Shown here piece after piece: positions 36,725 through 47,674 of a stretch of 64,000 nucleotides of DNA. The stretch's first letter is position 1. The number at the start of each line of letters is the position of its first letter. The stretch spans positions 3,998 to 67,997 of the IMG/VR virus record IMGVR_UViG_3300018049_000017; one strand, given 5' to 3'. Made by a program: the position numbers and the translations under genes. Below the pieces are notes generated by a model that did no database searches, had not been told where the DNA came from, and was given only the letters and a program-made list of their open reading frames with translations. The DNA comes from a virus.

Positions 36725-38535
36725 TGGCAGAAACTAGAGACATAAGATACATTAACAGAAACTTTGACGACTTTAAGTCACAGCTGATTGAGTATGCAAA
36801 AGCATACTTCCCTGATGCATATAACGACTTTGGCCCTTCGTCTCCTGGACTTATGTTTATAGAAATGGCCGCATATGTTGGGGATGTACTATCTTTTTAT
36901 CAAGACAATCAGTTACAAGAAACATTCTTACAACATGCAAAAAATCCTGGCAACCTATATGCGTTAGCATATATGATGGGATATAGACCTAAAGTAACAA
37001 CAGTAGCAAAAGCTAACTTAGAAATAACTCAAAAGGTAGACGCAGTAGGAACTGATAATAAACCTAACTTAGACCAAGCTCTTATAATTTCAGAAAACAG
37101 TACAATTAAATCTACGGCTAAAGGTCAGCAAGTGTTTGTATTAGATGATAAAGTAGACTTTACTTTTTCTAGTTCATATGACCCAACAGAGATAACAGTA
37201 GCTACATTAACTAATAATGAACCATCAGAGTTTCTTCTAAAAAAATATGCTACAGCAACCTCAGGTAAAATTAAGACCAAAAGTGTTTCTTACACAACAT
37301 CACAAAAATTTGCAACAGTAGACATTTCTGATGACAATATAATAGGTATAGTTGATATTACAGACAGTGACGGTAACATTTGGTACGAAGTACCTTTCTT
37401 AGGACAGGATACAGTTTTTGTTAGTGAAACTAATACTGCATTAGATAAATCACAAGCACCTAATTTATTAAAACTTAAAAAAGTATCTAGAAGATTTGTA
37501 ACTAGATTTACATCTCAAGGAGTACTACAAGTACAGTTTGGATCAGGTATAAGTACTGAAGATGATAATGAGTTCTTACCTAACCCTACAGCTATTGGAT
37601 ACGGTACTCAACAAGGAGTAAAAAGAATAGACTGGGCTTATGACCCATCGAACTTCTTATTTACTAAATCATACGGATTAGCTCCTAGTAATACAACACT
37701 AACTATAAGATACTTAACTGGAGGCGGTGTACAAGCTAACGCACCTGCCAACACGATAACAAGTATTGATGCAGTAACCACCTCTGGAGTAGATACATCT
37801 AAACTTTCATCTCTTGCATTTAATAATCCAAAACCTGCACAAGGTGGTAGAGATGGTGATACTGTACAAGAATTGAGAGAAAACTCTTTAAGATCTTTTG
37901 CAGAACAACAACGTACAGTTACTCTTCAGGATTATACAGTAAGAACACTAGCACTTCCTCCTAAATATGGAAGTATAGCAAAAGCATACGTAACTCAAGA
38001 CTCGTCTACTAGAAGTACCGAAACAGTATTAAGTGATAACAGACTAGCTCTTTCTCTTTATGTCCTTGCATATAATAACTTAGGACATCTAGTACCAGCA
38101 ACCAACTCACTTAAAACCAACCTAAAAACGTATCTATCCCAGTTTATGATTATGACTGATGCGGTTGATATAAAAGATGCGTTTATTGTTAATATAGGAG
38201 TTAAATTTGAAATAGTAACGCTTCCTAATTACCAATCAAGAGACGTGCTACTTGCATGTACAGAAAAAATGAAAAGTGAGTTTGATAGAGATAAACTGAC
38301 AATTAATCAACCTATCAATATTTCAAACTTATATACTTTACTTGACAAAGTAAAAGGAGTACAGACAGTAAAATCTGTAATCATAACTAATAAAGCCGGA
38401 GGTAGGTATTCTGAATATGGATACGATATCAACGGAGCAACAAAAAATAACGTACTTTACCCTTCATTTGACCCTTGTTGTTTTGAAGTTAAGTACCCTA
38501 ATCAAGATATAGAAGGAAGAGTAACAACTTTATAA
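36724..38535 (+). CDS. baseplate wedge protein, T4 gp6 / baseplate-J-like
   Basis: NFDDFKSQL, AYVGDVLSFY, QFG.G, YLTGGG..AN and Q.R.VTLQDY motifs. Confidence 0.9.
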   Translation: MAETRDIRYINRNFDDFKSQLIEYAKAYFPDAYNDFGPSSPGLMFIEMAAYVGDVLSFYQDNQLQETFLQHAKNPGNLYALAYMMGYRPKVTTVAKANLEITQKVDAVGTDNKPNLDQALIISENSTIKSTAKGQQVFVLDDKVDFTFSSSYDPTEITVATLTNNEPSEFLLKKYATATSGKIKTKSVSYTTSQKFATVDISDDNIIGIVDITDSDGNIWYEVPFLGQDTVFVSETNTALDKSQAPNLLKLKKVSRRFVTRFTSQGVLQVQFGSGISTEDDNEFLPNPTAIGYGTQQGVKRIDWAYDPSNFLFTKSYGLAPSNTTLTIRYLTGGGVQANAPANTITSIDAVTTSGVDTSKLSSLAFNNPKPAQGGRDGDTVQELRENSLRSFAEQQRTVTLQDYTVRTLALPPKYGSIAKAYVTQDSSTRSTETVLSDNRLALSLYVLAYNNLGHLVPATNSLKTNLKTYLSQFMIMTDAVDIKDAFIVNIGVKFEIVTLPNYQSRDVLLACTEKMKSEFDRDKLTINQPINISNLYTLLDKVKGVQTVKSVIITNKAGGRYSEYGYDINGATKNNVLYPSFDPCCFEVKYPNQDIEGRVTTL

Positions 38536-38536
38536 T

Positions 38537-39592
38537 ATGGCAGTATATAGAATATATCCTGAAAAAGACACTACAATCTGGTCTAAACCTAACACAGCCG
38601 GGCAATACGGTAATGCTGGTTTAGATGAGATAATAGAGATTCGTTCATACCCTGATGACGATGGAATAGGACGCTCAAGCCGGATACTAACTAAATTCAA
38701 AGATCGAGACATAACTAGTGCTATCAACACTAAAGTATCCGGCCCCTATTCCGCTTCTTTACACTTTACTCTAGCTAACGTAAGTGAACTACCGACGGAT
38801 TACCTACTACAATGTCACCCTATCTCATCCTCATGGGATAACGGTACAGGTAGAGTTGCGGATAATCCTATCAATACAACAGGTGCTACCTGGAAGCATA
38901 GACTAGCAGGAGCTACAGGTCAATGGACTTCTCTAGGAGGTGACTATATTTCTGGTTCATACTCTAGTGAGCAAAGACATTTGATGGACTCTGACCATGA
39001 ACTGAACATAAACGTTACACCATTCATAGATGCAGTATACTCTGGATCTATTACTAATCATGGTCAATTAATAAAGTTACAAGACAGTCAAGAAAATGAA
39101 ACTACATCGTCAATAAAACTACAATACTTCGGGGTTGATACAAATACAATTTTCCCACCGTACTTAGAATTTAAGTGGGATGACTCTTCTTATAGTAGTA
39201 GTCTAACTGAACTGAGCACAGATATAGCTACTATCTCAATTAAGAATCATAAGGGTAAATATGTAGATTCTGATAAAGTAAGATTTAGATTATCAGCAAG
39301 ACCTAAATACCCTACAAGATCATTTACAACAGGTTCTATATACCTTACAGAGTATAAACTACCTCAAAATACGTATTGGGCTATTAAAGACGAATATAGT
39401 GAAGAAATGATAATCGATTTCGACACTTCTTATACTAAAGTTAGTGCTGATAATACTAGTAGCTATTTTGATGTCTATATGGATGTACTACAACCAGAAA
39501 GATATTATAGATTACTTTTAAAAACAACACTTGCAGATAGTAATGTCGTAATAGATAATAATAACGTATTTAAGGTGGTTAGAAATGGCTAA
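38537..39592 (+). CDS. virion structural protein (DNRLRE-like beta-sandwich)
   Basis: KDTTI...NAG.DE.IEI, SR.L.KF, SW.NG.G and PYLEFKWDD motifs. Confidence 0.6.
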   Translation: MAVYRIYPEKDTTIWSKPNTAGQYGNAGLDEIIEIRSYPDDDGIGRSSRILTKFKDRDITSAINTKVSGPYSASLHFTLANVSELPTDYLLQCHPISSSWDNGTGRVADNPINTTGATWKHRLAGATGQWTSLGGDYISGSYSSEQRHLMDSDHELNINVTPFIDAVYSGSITNHGQLIKLQDSQENETTSSIKLQYFGVDTNTIFPPYLEFKWDDSSYSSSLTELSTDIATISIKNHKGKYVDSDKVRFRLSARPKYPTRSFTTGSIYLTEYKLPQNTYWAIKDEYSEEMIIDFDTSYTKVSADNTSSYFDVYMDVLQPERYYRLLLKTTLADSNVVIDNNNVFKVVRNG

Positions 39593-39947
39593 GGATATAA
39601 AAATTCAAAAAACCGTATATAAGAAAGACGCTTTCGGGAAAGTAGTAGACAGCTCGTTTAGTACATTTAAGCAACCTGAACCCGTCGCTATATCTAAAAC
39701 TATAGATGAGTTTTTCAAAGACTATGAAGATCTATATTTAGAAATTGCTATAAACGGGGATGAAAAATCACACGAATACTTAGTTGAAAGAAGCAGTGAG
39801 CTATTAAACATTCAAGATGCTTTAGTAGACATACAACCACTATTAGATGAAATAGCTGATTTAAGACAACAGCTTTTAGAGGCTAATCAAGAAAATATAG
39901 ATTTAACAATAGAAAACGCAACATTACAAGGCGGTGGTGGAGAATAG
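39585..39947 (+). CDS. hypothetical structural-operon protein with coiled-coil tail
   Basis: Overlap-coupled with both neighbours. Confidence 0.65.
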   Translation: MAKDIKIQKTVYKKDAFGKVVDSSFSTFKQPEPVAISKTIDEFFKDYEDLYLEIAINGDEKSHEYLVERSSELLNIQDALVDIQPLLDEIADLRQQLLEANQENIDLTIENATLQGGGGE

Positions 39948-42900
39948 TAAATATATAGTAACCCAATTAAATATTGAGAATACATCTTTGGAAGAAAAAG
40001 ATGAAATTCTTGTTGGGCCTTACTCTATATCAAATACTTTTGATTCATCCAAAGACTTTATAGACCTACATATCTATACAGTTGAAGAAGAACTATTAAA
40101 ATCTCAGCTAAATTATAAAGGATCTGCTCAGTCATTATTAGCAGCAGGTGCAGGACAAGAAGGAGCATCTAATATACAGCTTTCACCAGAACTAGATGCT
40201 GTTCAGAACGGCTTCTCAAACGGTGATGTAATTTTAAAATATAACTTTTTTTCAGATCTATTAAATAAAAAAAATGTACCGACAAGGTATTTTATAGAAA
40301 ATATATCTGCTGATAGAACAGAATTACAGCTTCTTACACTTGAAATACCTGACGTCAATATACCGAACCTTGTCAAGTCAGCTAAAAATAGATTACAAAA
40401 CAATCCCTACTTTCAGGAGTTTAAACTTAATTTTGGTAATAATACTGTACTTACTGCATTAAATGTAGATTCATTAGAATATGAAGACGGACAATCTATT
40501 GTAGTAAAGCTTTATGAACCTCTACCACAAACATTAGGAGTAAAGGATATATGTACAGTTTTAGAAATAGTAGCTGATTCAGTACAGTTTCAAGTTGAAC
40601 TAAAAGAAATAGTAGAAGAAATAAAAGTACCCTACCTTAAAGGTCCAAACTTTGATATAGAAGTACTTAAAGATGATGAAAACCCTACTGAGTTTTTTAA
40701 CTATGATCAGCTTTTTAGCTACCCTGTCACCGGCTCTTACTATCAACTATATTCTCTATTTAATGAAAAAGGTGCTCAAATAAGTGTAGATCACTCTAAC
40801 TACTCTGACTTTATACACTTTTCTAGTGCTGAGGAAAGATTACGTAACTTTAAATATAAATTAGACCTAATTCACAGTTACGAAGACAGTAAAGCATCTA
40901 TTAAAAGCACAGGATACAATAAGCTAGGTATATCAGGTAGTACAGAATACTACGATGGGTTAGTAGAAGGCATAGTTAAAAACTTTGACCACTACGACAG
41001 ATACCTTTACTACGAAAGCAGCTCTTACTCATGGCCTAAATCTAATAGTAAAGCACCGTATTATAATCAGAGAAGCAGTACTAACGAGTCAATTAGTTGG
41101 TTTAATAATCAGCTAACATCTGCATCTAATTTTGACGTTACTAACTACGATGTACTAACTAATGCAGTTCCTACTTACCTAAGAGAAGATTCTGCTAACG
41201 AACCTTTATTAATGTTTGTCCATATGCTAGGACAACATTTTGATAACTTATGGATATACTTTAAATCCGTTTCAAATAAATACGATGCTGATAACAGATT
41301 AAATTTTGGTATATCTAAAGACATAGTTAGAACAGCAGTAGAAAGCTTTGGTGTTAAGTTATACAATAGTAATAAGAACTTAGAAAACCTATTTTCAGCC
41401 TATACTGGACAGAACTACGACTCAGGAAGTATTAATGAAGTTATTTCTACATACCAACAGATTACCTCTGGTAGTGGTTTAGAACACTTACAACCAATGC
41501 CTCTTGATAATTACCAAAAAGAGGTATACAAAAGAATTTATCACAATATACCATTTATTACTAAAGGAAAAGGTACCCATAGAGGATTAAGAGCATTAAT
41601 AAACTGTTTTGGTATACCTGATAATATTCTTACTATAAAGCAGTTTGGTGGAACAGCAATTGACAGTAATAGACATTTCTCTAGTCAACAAGCAGTAACA
41701 AGTTCTTTCGATAAAGTAAGACTTGATAATACAGGAAGTTTAGTTAGCGGAAGCACTCTGTCTCTCTACAGTTCTATTGTAGATAAGACATATGTTTATT
41801 CTGATGATGTTCATACAGTAGAGGTAGGATTTGATATATCAGATACTACAAACGATATAATTCAAACAAGACTTAGTGCGAGCTTTGATTACGATCAATA
41901 TATTGGAGACCCTAGAGATAATTACGAAACAAAATACCTAACGCTCAATAGATTAGCACAAGCAGTAATACAAGGAGAAGAAGACGGAAGTGTCCTTAAC
42001 TATTGGAACAACGTTACTCAAAACTGGGAAAATGCAAACTGGAATTGGAATGATGCTCCATTCACTGCATTTAGAACTGTAGCAGATTTTATTAGATTAG
42101 TTAAATTTTTTGATAATTCTATTTTTAGAACGATAAAAGAATTTATTCCTGCTAGATCTAATATTAACACAGGTGTTGTAGTAAAGTCTCACCTACTACA
42201 TAGAAGTAAAATCAAACAAGTACAAGTTAGTTACGAAAACACCATATATACTGGTAGCTTAACTATCGACCCTATAACAGGATCTTCAGCAGGAGCATTT
42301 GATATGACTCCTAAAGTACCGTTTACAACTAACTACTCTGCTAGTTTCATGTCACCTATAGGATTAGTACCAAGAGATACTATAGACGAAAGCCCAAGGT
42401 ATACCGGAGAGTTTAGCGGTTCTTTATTGGTTGCCTCTGACGGTGAGTTGAATAAAGCAAACAATTTTAAAAACCAAGCTCAACCTATCGCTCAGTTCTC
42501 TTTAAGAGCTTTTAACTTCTCACTACCTATACCACTTGCGTGTGATATCATATTAGAGGTAACTAAGGTTGGAGAGTTTTTCCAATTCTCTCCTGTTGGT
42601 CCTGGAACAGTATCTTCTACTTACCCAAGCACTATAGCAGCATCACAAAACACTATATCTGCATCAGTAGATTTCGATACATATCAATTTATAAACGCAG
42701 TTGGGGCTCCTACATACCCTTACTACTTTGAAGGATGGTACGACGGACCAAGCGATATAACAGACACACTTATACAAACTGGTAGTACGTTAACTATTTA
42801 TAGTGATACGAACATAACTATTGATCACTACTATGCTCATTTTAGTACTGAACCAGCAAATAGAATAAACTATAGAATAGCTACATTGATAGATGGAGTT

Positions 42901-43179
42901 GACGGAGCAACTAACACAGGTACATACGGAACAGTTGATGCTGTGTCGATGGTATACCCAACTGTAGTAGCGGCAACAGGTAGCTTTGTACATAGTCAAA
43001 ACTGGAATCAATACGGACAGTTTATTGTAGAGGCTATAGACGGATATCCTGATCATTTTGTCGGGTGGTATGATGCAAATGGAACTGAGTTACAACCAGC
43101 ATCATCCGGTAATACCCTATCAGTAACCTCAGGATCGTTTGCAGGAGTTACAACATTTTATGCAAAATTTGAAGCATGA
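39934..43179 (+). CDS. large baseplate wedge protein with C-terminal beta-repeat domains
   Basis: KGKGTHRGLRALINCFGIP (gp7/tail-I-like KGT motif), EFIPARS, and two F.GWYD repeats. Confidence 0.65.
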   Translation: MVENSKYIVTQLNIENTSLEEKDEILVGPYSISNTFDSSKDFIDLHIYTVEEELLKSQLNYKGSAQSLLAAGAGQEGASNIQLSPELDAVQNGFSNGDVILKYNFFSDLLNKKNVPTRYFIENISADRTELQLLTLEIPDVNIPNLVKSAKNRLQNNPYFQEFKLNFGNNTVLTALNVDSLEYEDGQSIVVKLYEPLPQTLGVKDICTVLEIVADSVQFQVELKEIVEEIKVPYLKGPNFDIEVLKDDENPTEFFNYDQLFSYPVTGSYYQLYSLFNEKGAQISVDHSNYSDFIHFSSAEERLRNFKYKLDLIHSYEDSKASIKSTGYNKLGISGSTEYYDGLVEGIVKNFDHYDRYLYYESSSYSWPKSNSKAPYYNQRSSTNESISWFNNQLTSASNFDVTNYDVLTNAVPTYLREDSANEPLLMFVHMLGQHFDNLWIYFKSVSNKYDADNRLNFGISKDIVRTAVESFGVKLYNSNKNLENLFSAYTGQNYDSGSINEVISTYQQITSGSGLEHLQPMPLDNYQKEVYKRIYHNIPFITKGKGTHRGLRALINCFGIPDNILTIKQFGGTAIDSNRHFSSQQAVTSSFDKVRLDNTGSLVSGSTLSLYSSIVDKTYVYSDDVHTVEVGFDISDTTNDIIQTRLSASFDYDQYIGDPRDNYETKYLTLNRLAQAVIQGEEDGSVLNYWNNVTQNWENANWNWNDAPFTAFRTVADFIRLVKFFDNSIFRTIKEFIPARSNINTGVVVKSHLLHRSKIKQVQVSYENTIYTGSLTIDPITGSSAGAFDMTPKVPFTTNYSASFMSPIGLVPRDTIDESPRYTGEFSGSLLVASDGELNKANNFKNQAQPIAQFSLRAFNFSLPIPLACDIILEVTKVGEFFQFSPVGPGTVSSTYPSTIAASQNTISASVDFDTYQFINAVGAPTYPYYFEGWYDGPSDITDTLIQTGSTLTIYSDTNITIDHYYAHFSTEPANRINYRIATLIDGVDGATNTGTYGTVDAVSMVYPTVVAATGSFVHSQNWNQYGQFIVEAIDGYPDHFVGWYDANGTELQPASSGNTLSVTSGSFAGVTTFYAKFEA

Positions 43180-44249
43180 CAGAGTTAGAATTTAAAAATA
43201 CAAACCCAGTCTCCTACGGAGAAGGAAATGTAAACTTACTCTACAGTAGTAGTATAAGTACAGGATCGTATGAGCTGCCTTCTAACAAGTATGGAGCTTC
43301 AGGTTCTTTTTCTTATGATAAAGAGCTAAGCGGAGTAGGTACAGGACCTAATTTTAAAGAATACTATTTAGCTGACGGTTTATTTCCGCCATACAGAATT
43401 TTAGGACTTACTATACCTTTCCAAAGTGCTAATGCAGTACAATTAGAACAAACACTTTCTGCTGTTACAAAAATAAGATTTGACTTTGGAGGTTCAGAAG
43501 CTGTATGTAATGTAGACCAGGTTACTAAAAGAGCAGGATATTATCATATTAGAGTATTCCCTGTAGACATACTTACGTTTTTAGAAGGAGTAGATAATTC
43601 AGGAACACCTTATATACAGACCGTAGAGTTTATTTTTGAACCATATCTCGCTGCTAAATTTAATAATAGTGACTTCAACGCACTGATAGGTAATGCTGAT
43701 ATCACAATGTTGAACTCAATAGCAGTTGAATTAGATAAAAATACAAACCAACTCTACCCTAGTAATTTAGATGCTGTAATAAACGGAACAGCAACAGCTG
43801 CTGCTATTCAAGATAGTAATTATCAAATAGCAGGATGGACTAATGCAAGATATTACGGAAGTAAAAATACTAGTAACATAGGTGGTGATTATACATCCAA
43901 CACGTATGCTAGCTTTAAAGGAGTAATATACCCTAAAGATGCTAACGTATCGACCATCCTAGCATCTACTTCAGGAGATACAGCTACTATCTACTTTGAC
44001 GAAACTAGACTACCTACTTCTGTAGCTAGAAGTGGATCAACTTCAGCTGAACCATTCGTTACAGCTAGTGCATTCCCTATACCACAATCAGGCACAGGAG
44101 CAGTAACTAATTTTGACGGTAACTATGTATACGAGGAACAAGGTAATAAACTAATTAAAATTACTGAAAAAAGAATACACGCAGTAGATAAAGGTTTGGT
44201 TTATGAAACCGATAGAAACGGGCGAGTACTAAAACAAAGAAGTTCATAA
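43176..44249 (+). CDS. virion structural protein
   Basis: S/T/G-rich, A.IQDSNY...GW.NARY.G motif, in the structural operon. Confidence 0.6.
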   Translation: MTELEFKNTNPVSYGEGNVNLLYSSSISTGSYELPSNKYGASGSFSYDKELSGVGTGPNFKEYYLADGLFPPYRILGLTIPFQSANAVQLEQTLSAVTKIRFDFGGSEAVCNVDQVTKRAGYYHIRVFPVDILTFLEGVDNSGTPYIQTVEFIFEPYLAAKFNNSDFNALIGNADITMLNSIAVELDKNTNQLYPSNLDAVINGTATAAAIQDSNYQIAGWTNARYYGSKNTSNIGGDYTSNTYASFKGVIYPKDANVSTILASTSGDTATIYFDETRLPTSVARSGSTSAEPFVTASAFPIPQSGTGAVTNFDGNYVYEEQGNKLIKITEKRIHAVDKGLVYETDRNGRVLKQRSS

Positions 44250-44291
44250 AACATTAATAACATATATTTATATAAAACACAATAACACAAA

Positions 44292-44948
44292 ATGGGATAC
44301 TTAGATAATTCGATCGTGACGGTGGATGCGATCTTAACGAAAAAAGGTAGAGAGCTGTTAGCTAGAGGGGATGGCTCTTTCAAAATCACTCAATTTGCTT
44401 TGTCAGATGATGAGATCGATTACACCCTATACAATCCATCACATCCCTCTGGTTCTGCACTCTACGGAGAAGCTATCGAAAACATGCCGTTATTAGAAGC
44501 ATTTCCTGATGAGACAACTATAATGAAGTATAAACTTACAACCCTACCTAGAGGTACATCAAAACTACCTGTACTTGGTTTAGGTTATTCTTCAATTACT
44601 TTAAAACAAGGAGAAGCATTAGCAATTACCCCTCAAACACTTAACTTTGGTGGTGCAACTTCTACATTTGAAGCGGGTGGATATACTGCTACAATTGCAG
44701 ACACAAGAGTACTAAACACGTTCAACGGTGTTGGTATTAACACAGAAGAGGCTGAAGCACTAAATACAACAACAACTATAGGAACTAACGTTTCTAAAAC
44801 TGTTATTGGTACTTCTATCAACTTAACTGCAACTACAGTAAACACTTTATTTGGTTCTAGAGTTAGATTACAAACTACATTAACAGTAGTAGGTAGAGAT
44901 TCTGGAGCAAGATTAACTATTCCTGTAACCATAACTAAAACTAACTAA
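44292..44948 (+). CDS. baseplate/tail structural protein
   Basis: DAILTKKGRELLA...ITQFALSDDEIDY, preceded by TATTTATA at 44265. Confidence 0.65.
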   Translation: MGYLDNSIVTVDAILTKKGRELLARGDGSFKITQFALSDDEIDYTLYNPSHPSGSALYGEAIENMPLLEAFPDETTIMKYKLTTLPRGTSKLPVLGLGYSSITLKQGEALAITPQTLNFGGATSTFEAGGYTATIADTRVLNTFNGVGINTEEAEALNTTTTIGTNVSKTVIGTSINLTATTVNTLFGSRVRLQTTLTVVGRDSGARLTIPVTITKTN

Positions 44949-44950
44949 TT

Positions 44951-45997
44951 ATGTCATTTAAAAGATTTGATCAAGAAGACGTAGTAGTAAGTTCAGAGTC
45001 AATCTCTACACCAGTATGGTCAGGTAATGCAACCACCCTTACTGGTTTTTATACCTCATCTACTCAAGTAGGTGGAGCATCTGGTGACTATTACTACGAT
45101 GTAAACCAAACTACTGCATCATTAGATGAGTCTAGAGTACAATTCTCACTTGCTTACGGACACAAAAAAGGGTCTGGTAGCTTATATTTTAACCCTAACG
45201 TACCTGGTAAAACTCCATCCTCAACTATCTACGGACAATATAGATCGTTGGTATTAGGTGATGAAGATTCAGATTTCGTATTTGGAGGAGTAGCATCGGA
45301 TCATTTTTACGCTATAAGTGTTGAAAGAGCAACATTTAAAGAAAAATTATTACCTGGAACTTTATCATTAGTATTACACAACTCAGCTAGTAACGGACAG
45401 ACCTATACTAAAACACTTACTGATAACAGTAAAGTAACTAGTACTGTGACCTTTACAGATGCAGGAAGAGTGTACGAACTAGTATCAGGTTCTTTAGGTA
45501 ACGTAAATACTTCAGTAAATAACAATGGGTACACAGTATCTAACGGGTCATACGGTAAACTATTACCCGATGTTGGAGTAATATTATTAAACGCAAAAGC
45601 ACTTGGTTCTACACCGGTAAGTGGAGGACTTCTATTAGAACTTAATGAAAATCCAAACAGTATTATTTTCTCCGGTAGTAAAAGTAACCTACAACAAGGA
45701 TATGATTTATTGAGAAGAGGAAGCAGTTTTAGAATACAGTCTGAAGAAACTATTTCTTCTAACTTTGTATTTGTTAGAGCTAGAAACGGAGAGTTTAACT
45801 ATTCAAGTAACCCTTCATTGATTACAGGGTCTGGAGAACTTAGACATTCTGTTATGATAGATTCTCCTCAATCATATATTACCGCAGTTGGATTATATAA
45901 TGATAATAACGACCTACTTGCTGTTGCTAAGCTATCTAGACCATTATTGAAAGATTTTACAAAAGAGGCATTAGTAAGAGTTAAGCTTGACTATTAA
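44951..45997 (+). CDS. baseplate/tail structural protein
   Basis: C-terminal EFNYS.NP...YITAVGLYND..DLLAVAKLSRP, shared with the next gene. Confidence 0.65.
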   Translation: MSFKRFDQEDVVVSSESISTPVWSGNATTLTGFYTSSTQVGGASGDYYYDVNQTTASLDESRVQFSLAYGHKKGSGSLYFNPNVPGKTPSSTIYGQYRSLVLGDEDSDFVFGGVASDHFYAISVERATFKEKLLPGTLSLVLHNSASNGQTYTKTLTDNSKVTSTVTFTDAGRVYELVSGSLGNVNTSVNNNGYTVSNGSYGKLLPDVGVILLNAKALGSTPVSGGLLLELNENPNSIIFSGSKSNLQQGYDLLRRGSSFRIQSEETISSNFVFVRARNGEFNYSSNPSLITGSGELRHSVMIDSPQSYITAVGLYNDNNDLLAVAKLSRPLLKDFTKEALVRVKLDY

Positions 45998-46000
45998 TGA

Positions 46001-47038
46001 ATGAGCGCCTACAAAAAACTGAATCGGCAAGACGTATACGTATCTGATTACTCTGCACGTAAACAGTGGGTTGCTAGTGGTAGCTTATTAACTACCTATA
46101 ATATAGAAACGCTCCGAGGGTTTTCTGGTTCAACACCCGGCTATCCTTACCCTGCTGACTTACGTAATAATCGATATGAAAAATTAGTATACGATAGTAT
46201 AAATCATAATTTTTATGCTGATGGTATAGGTAGTGGCCTATTTAGCGGTTCAAGAGATCTTTCATTACAGACTTCATTAACAATTAGCGGTGCAAGAGAT
46301 ATTAAATCAGAAGTAGGAGTTATATCTATACCAAAAGACGTATTCGGTACTTTTGTAGTACCAAACACTTTTGAGTTTAAACCACTATTCTCTTCTTCAT
46401 ATGATGAATATATTTTAGATGGATACGTACAAGATAAAATGTCAGGTGAGGATCAGTTTATAGAGCATATAAATTATTGGTATAGCTCTAACCCTATAGA
46501 TACAGCAGACTATGTAGTAGATGAATCAACCTATGTAACCGAGTCTGTAGCACCTGGAGCTGACTATCAATATACAGATATAGATAAAGGACAGCAAAGA
46601 ATTGAAATAATAGATGACGGGAATGGAGCATTAATATTCTCCGGATCGGAATTTAATTACACAGAACCTAGAAAAGTTGTAGGCGATATTATTTATAATA
46701 AAGGACTGGCTGTGATTACAGATACAGACGTGGCTAGATATTTAAGTACTTATTCTAGACATATCCTGCGATGGAAATCAAACCAACCTATTTATACATA
46801 TAATGTTCATTGTAAGGTAAAAGATTCTGAAATGAATTTTACATATAACCCTACTGCTCAATCAGGATCAGAGGGAGTGATAGCAAGTAATGTTAGTAGC
46901 AGCTTGTTTTCACCTTATGTAACATCGATAGGTTTATATAATGATGCTAATGAATTAATAGCGATGGCAAAAACAAATAGACCTATACAGAAAACCCAAA
47001 ACAGTGATATGACTTTTGTTGTAAAATTAGACTTATAA
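46001..47038 (+). CDS. baseplate/tail structural protein, paralogue of the previous gene
   Basis: EMNFTYNP...YVTSIGLYNDANELIAMAKTNRP. Confidence 0.65.
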   Translation: MSAYKKLNRQDVYVSDYSARKQWVASGSLLTTYNIETLRGFSGSTPGYPYPADLRNNRYEKLVYDSINHNFYADGIGSGLFSGSRDLSLQTSLTISGARDIKSEVGVISIPKDVFGTFVVPNTFEFKPLFSSSYDEYILDGYVQDKMSGEDQFIEHINYWYSSNPIDTADYVVDESTYVTESVAPGADYQYTDIDKGQQRIEIIDDGNGALIFSGSEFNYTEPRKVVGDIIYNKGLAVITDTDVARYLSTYSRHILRWKSNQPIYTYNVHCKVKDSEMNFTYNPTAQSGSEGVIASNVSSSLFSPYVTSIGLYNDANELIAMAKTNRPIQKTQNSDMTFVVKLDL

Positions 47039-47673
47039 TGATAAAATTTAGAGCAAATAAAGGAACTGCATTAACCTACGCTGAAATGGATACGAACTTA
47101 GGTTCTTATTTTTATTCCAGCTCACTAGTAGGTAGCGATTTATACCTACACTACACTAGTAGCTTAAACGTTCCTATCAATCAATCATCTCACAGAATTC
47201 CTTTAACTGCCGGTACTGTAGCAGGTACTGTATGGAATGTACAATATAACAACAACGGTAACCTAGCCGGAGCACCAGACTTTATTTATAGCGGCTCAAA
47301 AGTAGGTATCAACAATACAGTTAATGATTTAACATACAACCTTGAAGTTTCGGGTAGTATAAGAGCATCATCTGCTTTACTATCTAACTCTGACGAAAGG
47401 TTAAAAGAAAATATTTATCCAATAGATAATGCACTCTCTAGGGTAGGTCAAATAGAAGGAGTATACTTTAATTGGAAAGATAAGAGTGAAAAGCAAGTTG
47501 GGGTAATAGCTCAACAAGTTGAAAAAGTTCTTCCGGAAGTTGTTTCTGAAGATAAAAATTCGTATCTTTCTGTAGACTATTCTAAGATTGTTCCTCTTCT
47601 TATAGAAGCTATTAACGAACAAAACAGCATTATAATGGATTTAGAAGAAAGAATATCTAAATTAGAAAAGTAA
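47038..47673 (+). CDS. short tail fibre with peptidase S74 intramolecular chaperone
   Basis: SDERLKENI, GVIAQQVEKVLPEVV and VDYSKIVPLLIEAI motifs. Confidence 0.9.
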   Translation: MIKFRANKGTALTYAEMDTNLGSYFYSSSLVGSDLYLHYTSSLNVPINQSSHRIPLTAGTVAGTVWNVQYNNNGNLAGAPDFIYSGSKVGINNTVNDLTYNLEVSGSIRASSALLSNSDERLKENIYPIDNALSRVGQIEGVYFNWKDKSEKQVGVIAQQVEKVLPEVVSEDKNSYLSVDYSKIVPLLIEAINEQNSIIMDLEERISKLEK

Positions 47674-47674
47674 G